Source of the DNA: Akkermansia muciniphila
GTDB taxonomy: Bacteria; Verrucomicrobiota; Verrucomicrobiia; Limisphaerales; UBA1100
Assembly: GCA_945903605.1 (NCBI GenBank)
Contig: CAMDOH010000002.1
Location: forward strand, 16,523 to 80,522
Length of the DNA stretch: 64,000 nucleotides
Direction: 5' to 3'
Shown piece after piece: positions 1 to 9,624 of this stretch. The notes under the pieces are model-generated. The model was not told where the DNA came from and did not search any database. It worked only from the letters and a program-made list of their open reading frames with translations. The translations under genes and the position numbers were made by a program. Within the stretch, counting starts at the first letter, position 1. Each line of letters begins with the position of its first letter.

Positions 1-1
1 C

Positions 2-319
2 TTGGTTTATCGGACGGAGAAATTGTTGCGCGACAGTGCCGATAAAATTTCCGCTGAGCAGAAAGAGCAATTGGAGAAGGCCGCTGGCGAAGCCAAGGAA
101 GCTTTGAAGGGAACGGATGTGGCGGTTTTGAAGAGTGCTTCAAAGAAGCTCGAAGAGATTTGGCATGCGGCCTCGGCTGAAATGTACAAAGCAGCCGCGA
201 GCAAGGCTGGCGAACAACAGACCAGCGCGAAGGGTGAACCCGCTAATGGCGGCGCAGATTCCAAAGACGGCGACGGCCCGATTATCGATGCCGAAGTCGT
301 TGACGAAAAGAAAAAGTGA
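2..319 (+). CDS. dnaK: molecular chaperone DnaK (Hsp70), C-terminal fragment; 5' end outside the window
   Basis: The ORF is open to the window edge. Its helical lid/tail sequence (..KEQLEKAAGEAKEAL..KKLEEIWHAASAEMYKAAA..) ends in the typical acidic tail GPIIDAEVVDEKKK*. It lies directly upstream of groES-groEL. Confidence 0.85.
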   Translation: MVYRTEKLLRDSADKISAEQKEQLEKAAGEAKEALKGTDVAVLKSASKKLEEIWHAASAEMYKAAASKAGEQQTSAKGEPANGGADSKDGDGPIIDAEVVDEKKK

Positions 320-389
320 TGGGTTCCCCGCAATGAGTGTTGCGGCTGGGATTCATCACGCAAACCCCAAGAAAGTAGACAACTAAAAT

Positions 390-683
390 ATGTCGTTGAA
401 ACTAAAACCGCTCGGTGACCGAGTTCTGGTTGAACCAGTCGATGAGATTGCAGTCAAGAAAGGCGGGATCATTATTCCCGATAGCGCAAAAGAAAAACCG
501 CAGGAAGGCATTGTCGTCGCCCTCGGTACGGGCAAGACCGATGATAACGGCAAGAAAGTGCCGTTTGAAGTCAGCAAAGGCGATAGAGTGTTGGTCAGCA
601 AATATGGCGGCACTGAAATCAAAATTGACGGCAAAGAATACAAAATCCTTAACTCGGACGATATTCTCGCTGTCATCGGTTAA
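390..683 (+). CDS. groES: co-chaperonin GroES (Cpn10)
   Basis: 97 aa with a full-length Cpn10 pattern: [12 protein letters not shown]...[25 protein letters not shown]...[31 protein letters not shown]. Confidence 0.97.
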   Translation: MSLKLKPLGDRVLVEPVDEIAVKKGGIIIPDSAKEKPQEGIVVALGTGKTDDNGKKVPFEVSKGDRVLVSKYGGTEIKIDGKEYKILNSDDILAVIG

Positions 684-717
684 TCCAAAAAACTGTAACA
701 AAATCTAAGAAATAATT

Positions 718-2346
718 ATGGCAGCAAAACATTTGGTATTTGACGAAGCGGCCCGGCAGCTATTGCTCAGGGGCGTCGAGAAACTATCCAAGGCAGTCGC
801 CGCCACGCTCGGGCCTAAAGGCCGGAATGTGGTCATCGACAAGAAATTTGGCTCACCTACCGTCACCAAAGACGGCGTGACTGTGGCCAAGGAAATTGAA
901 CTCGAATGTTCGTTCGAGAACATGGGTGCACAAATGGTGCGCGAGGTCGCCAGCAGAACCAGCGATACCGCGGGTGACGGCACCACCACGGCCACCGTGC
1001 TCGCCGAGTCCATCTATCGCGAAGGTCTCAAGCACGTCACCTCGGGAGCCAGCCCGATCAGCATCCAGCGCGGAATTCAGAAAGCGGTCGACGCCGCTGT
1101 TGAAGAGCTGGACCGGATTGCCAAGAAGGTGAAGGAAAAGGAAGAGATCAAGCAGGTCGCGACGGTCTCTGCCAACTGGGATCACAACATCGGCGAGATC
1201 ATCGCTGAGGCCATGGACAAAGTCGGCAAGGACGGCACGATCACGGTTGAGGAAGCTCGCTCGATCGACACCACTCTCGATGTCGTCGAGGGCATGCAGT
1301 TCGACAAGGGTTACCTCTCGCCGTACTTCATCACCGACACCGACACGATGGAGTGCAAACTCACGGATGCTCACATTCTGATTTATGAAAAGAAAATCGG
1401 AAGCGTGAAGGACATTCAGCCGATCCTCGAAAAGGTCGTGACGGCCGGCAACAAGCCGCTGCTCATCATCGCCGAAGATCTCGAAGGCGAAGCTTTGGCC
1501 ACCCTCGTGGTGAACAAGATTCGTGGCGTCATCAAAGTCTGCGCAGTCAAGGCGCCCGGCTTTGGCGATCGTCGCAAGGCACTTCTGGAAGACATCGCCA
1601 TCCTCACCGGTGGCAAATGCATCACCGACGACCTCGGAATCAAGATTGAAAACCTGACGCTGGATGACCTCGGCCATGCCAAGACCATCCTGATCGAAAA
1701 GGAAAACTGCACGATCATCGATGGCTCAGGCAAGAACGCTGAGATCAAAGGTCGTATCGAACAGATCCGCCGTCATATCGAGGAAACAACCTCGGATTAC
1801 GACAAGGAAAAGCTGCAAGAACGTCTGGCCAAGCTCGCCGGCGGTGTGGCAGTGATCAACGTCGGTGCTGCAACCGAGTCCGAGATGAAGGAAAAGAAGG
1901 CTCGCGTCGAAGACGCGCTGCACGCTACTCGCGCCGCAGTGGAAGAGGGCATCGTTCCTGGCGGTGGCGTTGCGTTGATTCGCACATTGCCTGCCATCGA
2001 GAAGCTCAAGCTTCATGGCGACGAGCAGATCGGTGTGGACATCATCCGACGTGCCGTTGAATCGCCCTTGCGCGCACTCGCGGCTAACGCTGGAGTCGAA
2101 GGTTCGATCATCGTTCAAGAGGTCAAGAAGCTCAAAGGCAACTTTGGGTACAACGTCGCATCGGGCGAATTTGTTGACCTCGTCAAGGCTGGCGTTGTTG
2201 ATCCGAAGAAGGTCACACGCTGCGCACTGCAGAACGCAGCGTCCATCGCGGCACTGCTTCTGACGACCGAGTGCCTCATTACCGATATTCCTGAAAAGGA
2301 AAAGGCGGCACCCGGCGGTGATCACGATCACGGCATGGGCATGTAA
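718..2346 (+). CDS. groEL: chaperonin GroEL (Cpn60)
   Basis: 542 aa with [50 protein letters not shown] and GGVALIR motifs and a Gly/Met-type C-terminal tail ([10 protein letters not shown]). It starts 34 nt after groES. Confidence 0.98.
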   Translation: MAAKHLVFDEAARQLLLRGVEKLSKAVAATLGPKGRNVVIDKKFGSPTVTKDGVTVAKEIELECSFENMGAQMVREVASRTSDTAGDGTTTATVLAESIYREGLKHVTSGASPISIQRGIQKAVDAAVEELDRIAKKVKEKEEIKQVATVSANWDHNIGEIIAEAMDKVGKDGTITVEEARSIDTTLDVVEGMQFDKGYLSPYFITDTDTMECKLTDAHILIYEKKIGSVKDIQPILEKVVTAGNKPLLIIAEDLEGEALATLVVNKIRGVIKVCAVKAPGFGDRRKALLEDIAILTGGKCITDDLGIKIENLTLDDLGHAKTILIEKENCTIIDGSGKNAEIKGRIEQIRRHIEETTSDYDKEKLQERLAKLAGGVAVINVGAATESEMKEKKARVEDALHATRAAVEEGIVPGGGVALIRTLPAIEKLKLHGDEQIGVDIIRRAVESPLRALAANAGVEGSIIVQEVKKLKGNFGYNVASGEFVDLVKAGVVDPKKVTRCALQNAASIAALLLTTECLITDIPEKEKAAPGGDHDHGMGM

Positions 2347-2378
2347 TTCAAAGCAACCTTCAAGGTTGAAACTTCAAC

Positions 2379-2413
2379 GGGGCTGGCCGAAAGGTCAGTC
2401 CCGTTTTTCTTTG
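2379..2413 (+). terminator. rho-independent terminator after groEL
   Basis: GGGGCTGGCC (2379-2388), GAAA loop, GGTCAGTCCC (2393-2402; two G-U pairs), then GTTTTTCTTT. It starts 33 nt after the groEL stop. Confidence 0.65.
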
Positions 2414-2515
2414 GCTCCAATTCATTTCCATAGTCGCCTTCGGAGTTTCTACAGATTGCATCGAGCCTGATTTACTGCCAGATTCAGAGGCGTAGCTGAT
2501 GGAGCTCATTCCCCC

Positions 2516-3607
2516 ATGATCGAATTTATCGACCTCAAAACACAATATCGGCTCTACAAAACCGAAGTGGACTTGCGTATGCAGCGAGTGCTCGATCACG
2601 GCCAATACATCATGGGGCCGGAGATCATGGAATTGGAGCAGACACTTGCCAGCTACGTTGGCAGTCCACATTGCATCACCGTCACCAGCGGAACCGACAG
2701 CCTCGAAATCGCGTTGCGCGCACTCGGCATCGGCCCCGGAGACGAAGTCATCACCGTGCCATTCACTTGGATCAGCACCGCAGAAGTGATTGCTCTCGTC
2801 GGCGCCAAAACAGTCTTCGTGGACATTGATCCAGCCTCCTACAACATCAATGTCAGCCAGATTTCATCGGCCATCACACCCCGCACGAAGGCGATCATTC
2901 CGGTGAGCCTGTTTGGTCAGATGCCCGATTACGCCGCCATCAACGCCATTGCCGCCAAGCACGGAATGGCGGTGATCGAGGATGCCGCACAGAGTTTTGG
3001 CGCTACACAAAACGGGAAGCGCAGTGGTGGAGTGACACCCATCGCGAGCACCAGTTTTTTTCCAGCCAAACCCTTCGGTTGTTACGGAGATGGCGGCGCG
3101 TTGTTCGTGAGTGATGATGCTTTAGCGGACAAGATGCGAGCCATTCGTTCGCACGGCGGGTTGCAGCGGCACCACCATTCTTTACTGGGCATGAATGGTC
3201 GATTCGACACACTTCAAGCAGCCGTGTTGCTGGCAAAATTCCCGCACTTCGAAATGGAAGTGCAGGCTCGGCAGCGAATCGGTGCGCGCTACACGGAGTT
3301 GCTGCGCGGCCATTGCACAGTGCCTGAAGTAGTGGCTGGCAACACGCATGTGTACGCCCAATACACAATCCGATTTCCGAGTCGCGACGCGCTCGGGCAG
3401 GCACTGAAGTCCAAAGGAATTCCCACAGCCCAATATTATCCGAAATGTTTGCATGAGCAGCCGGTGTTCAATTCGCTCGGATACAAGGTCGGAGATTTTC
3501 CGGCGTCCGAAAACGCCTCGCGCGAAGTCATCAGCCTGCCAATGCACCCTTTTCTTTCGGAGTCGGATCAAGACAGAATTGTCGCCGCAGTGATCGAGCA
3601 TTGCTGA
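2516..3607 (+). CDS. DegT/DnrJ/EryC1/StrS-family PLP-dependent sugar aminotransferase
   Basis: 363 aa. The N-terminus (IEFIDLKTQY...VLDHGQYIMGPE..ELE..LA.Y.G...CI.V.SGTDSLEIALRALGIGPGDEVITVPFTW) and the PLP-lysine context SFFPAKPFGCYGDGGA are typical of WecE/ArnB/PglE-like enzymes. Confidence 0.85.
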   Translation: MIEFIDLKTQYRLYKTEVDLRMQRVLDHGQYIMGPEIMELEQTLASYVGSPHCITVTSGTDSLEIALRALGIGPGDEVITVPFTWISTAEVIALVGAKTVFVDIDPASYNINVSQISSAITPRTKAIIPVSLFGQMPDYAAINAIAAKHGMAVIEDAAQSFGATQNGKRSGGVTPIASTSFFPAKPFGCYGDGGALFVSDDALADKMRAIRSHGGLQRHHHSLLGMNGRFDTLQAAVLLAKFPHFEMEVQARQRIGARYTELLRGHCTVPEVVAGNTHVYAQYTIRFPSRDALGQALKSKGIPTAQYYPKCLHEQPVFNSLGYKVGDFPASENASREVISLPMHPFLSESDQDRIVAAVIEHC

Positions 3608-3622
3608 GGAGTCACCCCGGTA

Positions 3623-4546
3623 TCAGCGGCGCGGATGAAACTTCGAGTGCACATCCTTCAACCGTTTTCCTGTGACATGCGTGTACACTTCCGTCGTGCT
3701 GATTGTGGCGTGGCCGAGCAATTCCTGAATCACTCGCAGGTCCGCTCCATTTTCTAGCAAGTGCGTGGCGAAACTATGTCGCAACATGTGCGGAGTGATA
3801 TTGCGAGCGATGCCCGCGAGCCGCACGCGTTGCTTGATTCGCAACCAAAGTGTGACATGCGCGAACGCCGTGCCTCGCTTGGTGAGAAAAACTGTGGAAG
3901 GTGATTTGGGCCGAACCAGTTTCGGCCTGCCCGATTTGATGAAACGATGGATGGCGGCGATGGCTGTGCGCCCCACGGGAACGATGCGCTCCTTGTTTCC
4001 TTTGCCGATGATATTGATGAAACCCGCTTCAAGATGCAGTTGTTCGAGTCGGACCGCGCGAAGTTCGGCCAGCCGCAACCCGCTCGCATACGCCAATTCC
4101 ATCACCGCTTGATCACACAACGAAGCGGGAGTCTCCGGCTTGATCGGCTGCAGCAGTTTCGTGACATCGTCCGCACTGAGCGATTTCGGAAGGCGCTTCC
4201 AGCGTTTGGGCAGCGAGAGATGTTGCGCCACGTTGTCTTTGAGAAAACCTTCACGTTCGGCGAAATTGTACAGAGCCCGCAAAGCGGCGATCTGCAGATA
4301 AACACTTTCAGAACTGAGTCGGCTCACCGAGCTGGCGCGCGGTTTCCCGAGTTTGCGATTGCGTTCATGATCCAAAAAAGAAGTCAGATGTTTCAGTCGG
4401 ACATCGCTCCAATTCAGAAGTCCATTGAGCCTGGCCCAGCCCGTGAAGCGCAGCAGCAACGCCGAGTAAGTGCGTTGCGTGTGTTCGGCATTTCCACGTT
4501 CGTGCCGAAGATGCTGCAGAAAATCTTCGACAAGCGCTTGCATCAT
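3623..4546 (-). CDS. tyrosine recombinase, XerC/XerD family
   Basis: 307 aa. It has an N-terminal SAM-like domain (FLQHLRHERGNAEHTQRTYSALLLRF) and a C-terminal catalytic region (..GKGNKERIVPVG.. HMLRHSFATHLLENGADLRVIQELLGHATISTTEVYTHV) with the R..H-x-x-R..Y signature. Confidence 0.85.
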   Translation of the reverse strand: MMQALVEDFLQHLRHERGNAEHTQRTYSALLLRFTGWARLNGLLNWSDVRLKHLTSFLDHERNRKLGKPRASSVSRLSSESVYLQIAALRALYNFAEREGFLKDNVAQHLSLPKRWKRLPKSLSADDVTKLLQPIKPETPASLCDQAVMELAYASGLRLAELRAVRLEQLHLEAGFINIIGKGNKERIVPVGRTAIAAIHRFIKSGRPKLVRPKSPSTVFLTKRGTAFAHVTLWLRIKQRVRLAGIARNITPHMLRHSFATHLLENGADLRVIQELLGHATISTTEVYTHVTGKRLKDVHSKFHPRR

Positions 4547-4717
4547 CCAGCCATTGTGCCGGGTTACTTCGCCCTCCCACGACCAAAATTATAGATCAAT
4601 CCGAGATCGAGCACGCTGGCTTTAAAACTTCCTTCGAGTGGTCTCATGATTCCCTCGCTTGGTCCCCAAACAAACAATCCGCCGCGCACGCACCAAGGGT
4701 ACGCCCACGAAATCGCC

Positions 4718-4751
4718 AGAGAAAAACCAGCCTCACTCGCTCGGGAGGCTG
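4718..4751 (-). terminator. rho-independent terminator after purC
   Basis: On the minus strand: CAGCCTC (4751-4745), a 10-nt loop, GAGGCTG (4734-4728), then GGTTTTTCTCT. It starts about 35 nt after the purC stop. Confidence 0.65.
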
Positions 4752-4785
4752 TGTGAAACCAAAGCTGCCTTCAACTAAGAACGAT

Positions 4786-5673
4786 TCACAGGTCGCGGCC
4801 CGTCAGCAGTCGGTAGCCTTCCAGATACTTTGCTTGCGTCTTGAACACAATTTCTGGCGGCAGCGCGGGGGCTGGCGGAGTTTTGTCCCACGCAAGTGTC
4901 TCGAGATAATCGCGCACGATTTGTTTGTCAAAACTCGGCTGACCACTGCCGGGCTTGTACTGGGCTGCTGGCCAGAACCGCGAGGAATCAGGCGTCAGCA
5001 CTTCGTCAATCAACAATAGTTCGTCACCGAACTTGCCGAATTCGAATTTGGTGTCGGCGATGATGATGCCACGTTGGCGGGCGTAATCGCGCGCTTGTTT
5101 GTAGATGCGCAGGCTCAGTTCACGCACTTTTTCAGTCACACTCGCACCTTCAATTATCACTGCCTGATCGAATGAAATGTTTTCGTCGTGGCCGGTGTCG
5201 GCTTTGGTGGAAGGTGTAAAAATCGGTTCGGGCAATTCATCCGACTCGCGCAATCCTGCGGGAAGTTGGATTCCGCAAACGGTTCCCTGTTTCTTGTATT
5301 CTTTCCAGCCGGAGCCGGACAGATAGCCGCGAACGATACATTCGATGGACAGCGGCTTGGCTTTCTTCACCACCATACTGCGGCGTGCAAGAGTGTCAGC
5401 ATGGCCGGCGAGTTGCGCGGGTAGGGTGTTGTCAGTATGGACGCGATGATTCGGAACGATCCTTTCCAACTGATCAAACCAGAAATGCGAGATCTGCGTC
5501 AGCATTTCCCCTTTTCGTGGGATTCCATTGGGCATCACGCAGTCGAAGGCTGAGATGCGATCGGTGGCCACAAACAGAAAATGGTCGCCGAGATCGAACA
5601 CCTCGCGAACCTTTCCGCTCTTCACTTTCGGAATGCCGTCCAAATCAAATTTCAACAATGCCGTATCGTTCAC
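4786..5673 (-). CDS. purC: phosphoribosylaminoimidazole-succinocarboxamide (SAICAR) synthase
   Basis: 295 aa of the long-form PurC type: GKVREVFD.GD..LFVATDRISAFD..MPNGIPRKGE.LTQIS.FWF....IVPNH, IVRGYLSGSGWKEYK, IFTPSTKA..GHDENISF, ADTKFEFG. Confidence 0.95.
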   Translation of the reverse strand: MNDTALLKFDLDGIPKVKSGKVREVFDLGDHFLFVATDRISAFDCVMPNGIPRKGEMLTQISHFWFDQLERIVPNHRVHTDNTLPAQLAGHADTLARRSMVVKKAKPLSIECIVRGYLSGSGWKEYKKQGTVCGIQLPAGLRESDELPEPIFTPSTKADTGHDENISFDQAVIIEGASVTEKVRELSLRIYKQARDYARQRGIIIADTKFEFGKFGDELLLIDEVLTPDSSRFWPAAQYKPGSGQPSFDKQIVRDYLETLAWDKTPPAPALPPEIVFKTQAKYLEGYRLLTGRDL

Positions 5674-5767
5674 GCGGCGATGATGCTGGGTGTTCTTCCA
5701 AGATTCAAGCGAACACTATTCCGCTCGCGCCTCGACAGCTTGCCGCAGCGTTTGTTAGCGTCCACAC

Positions 5768-6724
5768 GTGACGATTCTCGTGACAGGCGGCGTGGGTTTC
5801 ATCGGTTCCCATGTGTGTGAACGGCTGCTTTTGCAGGGGCACACGGTCTGGACAATCGATGACCTGAACGATTTTTACGATCCGGCCATCAAGCAGGGGC
5901 GCTTGCACCATCTTCAGTCGCTCTCCAAACCGTTTACTTTTATCCACGGCGACATCACCGATCGCGCAGCAGTGGACACACTTTTTGCCAGTGGTAAATT
6001 CGATCAGATCATCCATCTCGCAGCTCGTGCCGGTGTGCGACCGAGCCTCATCAACCCCGTCCTTTACGCGCGCGTGAATGTTGAAGGCACTGTGAACTTG
6101 CTCGAAGCAGCGCGGCGATGCGGCGTGAAGAAGATCACCATCGCCTCCACTTCATCGGTCTACGGCACCAATTCAAAACTGCCATTCTCCGAGGACGACC
6201 CGATTTTCACGGCCATCTCGCCGTATGCCTCAACCAAGCTCGCGTGCGAATCACTCGGGCATGTCTACCATCACATCTATGGAATGGATATTGGAGTGCT
6301 GCGGTTTTTCACTGTGTACGGACCGCGTCAGCGACCGGATCTGGCCATATACAAATTCTGCAAGCTGATCGCCGCTGGCAAACCGATTCCCGTTTTCGGC
6401 GATGGCTCTACTTCGCGCGACTACACTTATGTGGACGACACAGTGGATGGCGTCATCGCCGCCACGAATCGCGAGTTGGGCTACGAGATCATCAACCTTG
6501 GTGAATCGCAGCCCGTGAAACTCGATTTCATGATTGCGCTTTTGGAAAAGGAACTCGGGCGCAAAGCCGTGATCGATCGCCAGCCAATGCAGCCCGGCGA
6601 TGTGCCCACCACATTTGCCAATATCACAAAAGCGCAGCGACTCCTTGGCTACAATCCGCAGATCAAAATCGAGGAAGGTATCCGTCGTTTCGTAGCGTGG
6701 TTCCGCGAGTCACACGGCGTTTGA
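5768..6724 (+). CDS. NAD-dependent nucleotide-sugar epimerase/dehydratase (UDP-glucuronate 4-epimerase-like)
   Basis: 318 aa with a GTG start. It has the Rossmann motif ILVTGGVGFIGSHV, SSSVYG and the YASTK (YxxxK) catalytic motif, and LRFFTVYGPRQRPD. Confidence 0.9.
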   Translation: MTILVTGGVGFIGSHVCERLLLQGHTVWTIDDLNDFYDPAIKQGRLHHLQSLSKPFTFIHGDITDRAAVDTLFASGKFDQIIHLAARAGVRPSLINPVLYARVNVEGTVNLLEAARRCGVKKITIASTSSVYGTNSKLPFSEDDPIFTAISPYASTKLACESLGHVYHHIYGMDIGVLRFFTVYGPRQRPDLAIYKFCKLIAAGKPIPVFGDGSTSRDYTYVDDTVDGVIAATNRELGYEIINLGESQPVKLDFMIALLEKELGRKAVIDRQPMQPGDVPTTFANITKAQRLLGYNPQIKIEEGIRRFVAWFRESHGV

Positions 6725-6730
6725 ACTCCG

Positions 6731-7564
6731 ATGATCGCCGAATTCATTTACTGCTATCTGCTCCGCCCTTGGCCACTCCGCCAAATCACCAATGGGATCA
6801 TCAGGCTCATCTTGCCGCGCACCGTGCAATACGGTGATGCCGTCATCGTCATCAATCCGCGCGACCCCGTTGTGTCCGGCGCACTTTTCTTTCGCGTGTA
6901 CGAGCGCACTGAGCTGGCATTTTTCCAATCCGCTTGCTGCTCAGGAATGAACTTTCTCGATGTCGGCGCCAATGTCGGTTTCTACACTGCGCTCGCCGCA
7001 CGGCGCATCGGGCCGACAGGTAAAATCGTCGCACTCGAACCCGATCCAGAGAGTCACGGTTTTCTGAAACAAACTGTCGCAGCCAACGAAGCGGTCAATG
7101 TGGTGTGCCTGACAACCGCCGCTGCCGCCAGTCGCGGCCGATTTAAACTCTACATCTCGCCAGAAAATCGTGGGGACAATCGCCTCTATCAGCCCGATCC
7201 ATCCTGGCCAAGTGTCGAAGTCGAGACTGCACCGGCAGATGATCTGCTCGCTGGACTCGGCATCGAGCAACTCGACCTCATCAAGATTGATGTACAAGGC
7301 GCCGAGGGTGGAGTCATCGACGGTCTTGAAAAAACCATCCGCCGCTCGCCGAAACTCACCTTGTTGGCTGAGTTTTGGCCGCACGGTCTGCGTCAAGCCG
7401 GCACCGATCCCAAAGCATTACTTGAAAAACTGCGCAGCTTCGGCCTCGACCTTTTTGAAATCAAATCTCTTGGCCAGCTCGTGCCGCTGACGGATGACGA
7501 GAATCTGATCGCCCGATTTCAAGGCCGCCGTTACACCAACATCGTCGGGCGGAAACAATCGTGA
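6731..7564 (+). CDS. FkbM-family SAM-dependent methyltransferase
   Basis: 277 aa with FLDVGANVGFYT (SAM-binding glycine loop) and ..IKIDVQGAEGGVIDG.., both typical of FkbM-family enzymes. It lies 6 nt after the epimerase gene. Confidence 0.85.
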   Translation: MIAEFIYCYLLRPWPLRQITNGIIRLILPRTVQYGDAVIVINPRDPVVSGALFFRVYERTELAFFQSACCSGMNFLDVGANVGFYTALAARRIGPTGKIVALEPDPESHGFLKQTVAANEAVNVVCLTTAAAASRGRFKLYISPENRGDNRLYQPDPSWPSVEVETAPADDLLAGLGIEQLDLIKIDVQGAEGGVIDGLEKTIRRSPKLTLLAEFWPHGLRQAGTDPKALLEKLRSFGLDLFEIKSLGQLVPLTDDENLIARFQGRRYTNIVGRKQS

Positions 7565-8871
7565 CGAATATTTTCAAATCGGCACTTTTCCAGCAAGGCG
7601 CTTGGATCAGCATCGCTTCATTCGCGGGCGGGATGGCTTGTTATCTTGTTCATCTTTTTGCGCAGCGACTCGGACCAGAACTATACGGGGAGTTCACTGC
7701 AGGCATCCGGCTGGTTGAAATGATTTCGTGGCCCGCGCTTGGTTTGCAGACTGTGATGGCTCAGCGCGCCGCCGCCGTGCGAACGGGTTCGGATGAGATC
7801 GCTTTTTCTGCGCTGCGCAATGGGCTGCTTGGCCGGGTCTTTTTATTCTGGGCTGCACTGGCACTGGTCGCTGTGCTGGGTGCAAAACCCATCTGCGAGC
7901 ACTTGCGCATCAGTCCCATGGTGGCCATGTGGGTTTGGGTCGCAGGTATGTTTGCGGTGTTGGTTCCCATTCTCGGCGGTGAATTGCAAGGGCGACAATC
8001 GTTCGGAGTCCTCGGCGCGATCTTCTTGTTGAATGGCACAGTCCGGCTCGTCGTGGCAGCTGTGGCGATCCTGTATTTTTCAAAGTCTGCTGCGGCGGGG
8101 ATGACTGGAGTCGTTGCGGGGTTTTTCGCTGCAGCGGCCATCGCATGGTTCGCGCTTCCGCGTGTTTCAGCGATGGCTGTGGAAGTTGATTGGAAAAGCT
8201 GGTTTCGAGATCTGCTGCCATTATCGGTCGGTGCGGGTGCCGGAGTATTCCTTTTCGGAATGGACATGATCATTGTGAAGCAACATTTCACTGAGAAGGA
8301 CGCAGGACTTTATGCCGCCGCGAGTACGGTCGGTCGCGTCCTTCCAATGTTATTGGGGCCGTTGATCGGCGTCATGTTCCCCAAAATTGTCCGAGCCGGA
8401 AGCCGTGCCGAGGCGATGTCGATTCTGAAACAGACGTTGTTGATGACTGGTGCCGGTTGCGTGCTGATGGTGGGCGGGCTTTGGCTCTGGCCGGAATTGC
8501 CATTGCGTATCGCACGATTCAAACCGGAATATCTCTTCATCGCACCGCTCATTCCAAAGCTCGCTCTGGCGATGGTGCCGCTTGTGTTCGCTGGCGCTTT
8601 GGTAAATTACCTGCTCGCGCTGCGCGATTATCGCATCGTGCCGTGGCTTGGTGGATTGAGCGTGGTCGCCTATTTCATGATGGATTACCTCTGCCAAAAG
8701 CTGGCGACGCGCGCGCCTGTGGAATACGATTTGATCGCAGCTCAGTTGGGCGCGGTTAATGTATTCTATCTGGGGCTGGCGATTTTCTTTCTGAATCTGC
8801 CAAAACGGAACGCGGCGGCGGGGCGTGCAGGCGCAGATACAGCCACGTCTCCAGCGGTCGGAGCAGCCTGA
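7561..8871 (+). CDS. polysaccharide/oligosaccharide flippase-like polytopic membrane protein (MOP/Wzx-like)
   Basis: 436 aa with a GTG start that overlaps the FkbM stop (GTGA). It has about 12 hydrophobic segments. The call rests on context among sugar-modifying genes; the family assignment is by pattern only. Confidence 0.65.
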   Translation: MTNIFKSALFQQGAWISIASFAGGMACYLVHLFAQRLGPELYGEFTAGIRLVEMISWPALGLQTVMAQRAAAVRTGSDEIAFSALRNGLLGRVFLFWAALALVAVLGAKPICEHLRISPMVAMWVWVAGMFAVLVPILGGELQGRQSFGVLGAIFLLNGTVRLVVAAVAILYFSKSAAAGMTGVVAGFFAAAAIAWFALPRVSAMAVEVDWKSWFRDLLPLSVGAGAGVFLFGMDMIIVKQHFTEKDAGLYAAASTVGRVLPMLLGPLIGVMFPKIVRAGSRAEAMSILKQTLLMTGAGCVLMVGGLWLWPELPLRIARFKPEYLFIAPLIPKLALAMVPLVFAGALVNYLLALRDYRIVPWLGGLSVVAYFMMDYLCQKLATRAPVEYDLIAAQLGAVNVFYLGLAIFFLNLPKRNAAAGRAGADTATSPAVGAA

Positions 8872-9622
8872 GCAATCGGTGAAATGGCGAGTAGATCAGC
8901 CGGAGCCGCAGCACGGAGAGGAACATCACCAAAGACGATCGCCACAGGCTCGCCGTGACTTTTGATCCGGCTTGGTCAGTCCATTCGATCGGCACTTCGC
9001 GGACACTCAAGCCCGCACGATGCAACGCGACGAGCAGGTTCACATCAAACGCGAGATCGGCGATGCGGAGGGAATCGATCACTTTGTCCAGCGCCGCGCG
9101 ACTCAACACTTTCGCCGGACATTGCGTATCCTTGATCCCCATCCAGAAAAAGCCTTCGACAATGGTGTGGAAGGAACGGCTCATGATTTTACGCATGCGA
9201 GTCTGGCTTTGATGCAGCACGGAGCCGGGCAGCCAGCGCGAGCCGATCACACAGTCGGCATTGCGCAATTCATCCACGAGCTTGATCAGTGCATCGGGGC
9301 CGGTGGCGCCATCGGCATCGACATACGCGACGAGTTCAGCGTTGCCTGCCTGTTTGAATCCTTCGATGAGAGCGCCGCCTTTGCCGATGGGGCCATGGAA
9401 CACGAGCAGTTCAATCTCGGTGAATTCTGCCGCAGCCGATCGTACGACGTCTTCAGTCCGGTCGCGACAACCGTTGAGCACCACCAGAATTCGGAACGGC
9501 CCAAAGTAATGCGCGCGCAGTTGGGTCGCGAATTTGCGGAGAACGGGGCCAATGCGCGCCTCCTCATTGTAGGCGGGAATCACCACCAGAAATCGCGGGC
9601 GAATGATTGGATCAGACGTCAT
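8756..9622 (-). CDS. family-2 glycosyltransferase (polyprenol-phosphate sugar synthase-like)
   Basis: The N-terminus (FLVVIPAYNEEARIGPVL), the DxD context (VAYVDADGAT) and a C-terminal membrane-associated tail fit GT2. The most likely start is the ATG at 9622; the track ORF begins at the TTG at 9628. That ATG lies 2 nt after the priA stop. Confidence 0.85.
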   Translation of the reverse strand: MTSDPIIRPRFLVVIPAYNEEARIGPVLRKFATQLRAHYFGPFRILVVLNGCRDRTEDVVRSAAAEFTEIELLVFHGPIGKGGALIEGFKQAGNAELVAYVDADGATGPDALIKLVDELRNADCVIGSRWLPGSVLHQSQTRMRKIMSRSFHTIVEGFFWMGIKDTQCPAKVLSRAALDKVIDSLRIADLAFDVNLLVALHRAGLSVREVPIEWTDQAGSKVTASLWRSSLVMFLSVLRLRLIYSPFHRLLRLLRPLETWLYLRLHAPPPRSVLADSERKSPAPDRIH

Positions 9623-9624
9623 GG

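Noticed and set aside
3623-4546. The tyrosine recombinase considered as the integrase of a mobile element or genomic island.
   Set aside because: Its N-terminal and catalytic motifs fit housekeeping XerC/XerD. I noticed no flanking tRNA, direct repeats, phage or transposon genes, or compositional break. The neighbours are core genes (purC, groEL).
4590-4760. A stop-free minus-strand frame in the purC-xerC/D spacer (..SEAGFSLAISWAYPWCVRGGLFVWGPSEGIMRPLEGSFKASVLDLGLIYNFGRGRAK*). Only a 27-aa ATG-initiated ORF is possible within it.
   Set aside because: There is no credible start codon for the longer frame. The region contains the purC terminator hairpin (4718-4751). The peptide has no recognisable family and is too short to support as a gene.
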